Shown one piece after another: positions 63,903 to 64,000 of a stretch of DNA of 64,000 bases (positions within the stretch are counted from its first letter, which is position 1; each line of letters opens with the position of its first letter). The stretch is from contig NC_090334.1 of NCBI RefSeq assembly GCF_035084215.1, positions 41,354,001 to 41,418,000 of the forward strand, written 5' to 3'. The DNA is from Heptranchias perlo. Its lineage: Eukaryota. The position numbers were made by a program, and so were the translations under genes. The notes under the pieces were generated by a model. That model made no database searches. It was not told the origin of the DNA and worked only from the letters and a program-made list of their open reading frames with translations.

Positions 63903-64000
63903 CTATGAAATAAACACAAAGTGATCTACTGTTCCAATAACACAGTTTGAAAAACATTGTTTAAATACTTTTCCCTTCTTTACATTCCTTAACAGTTTAT

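Overview
Vertebrate genomic DNA, most likely a cartilaginous fish, judged from the repeat landscape (abundant CR1 LINEs, DeuSINE-like elements, Harbinger transposons). The window covers the conserved JKAMP(-)/L3HYPDH(+)/GPR135(+)/DAAM1(-) block. It contains a probable 4-nt first coding exon of JKAMP head-to-head with a complete 5-exon L3HYPDH orthologue (345 aa), an intronless GPR135 (431 aa) and the last three coding exons of DAAM1. The rest is mostly decayed LINEs (CR1, L2, Tx1-like), Harbinger transposons and MITEs, a tRNA-Trp pseudogene and a 26-bp minisatellite. The strongest finding is that the L3HYPDH orthologue reads DRSPCGSG rather than DRSPTGSG. It therefore has the Cys/Cys catalytic dyad of proline racemases and hydroxyproline epimerases, not the Cys/Thr dyad of the human dehydratase, which predicts a vertebrate (hydroxy)proline epimerase/racemase. 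All calls were made by reading the sequence; no database searches were run, and repeat boundaries are approximate.
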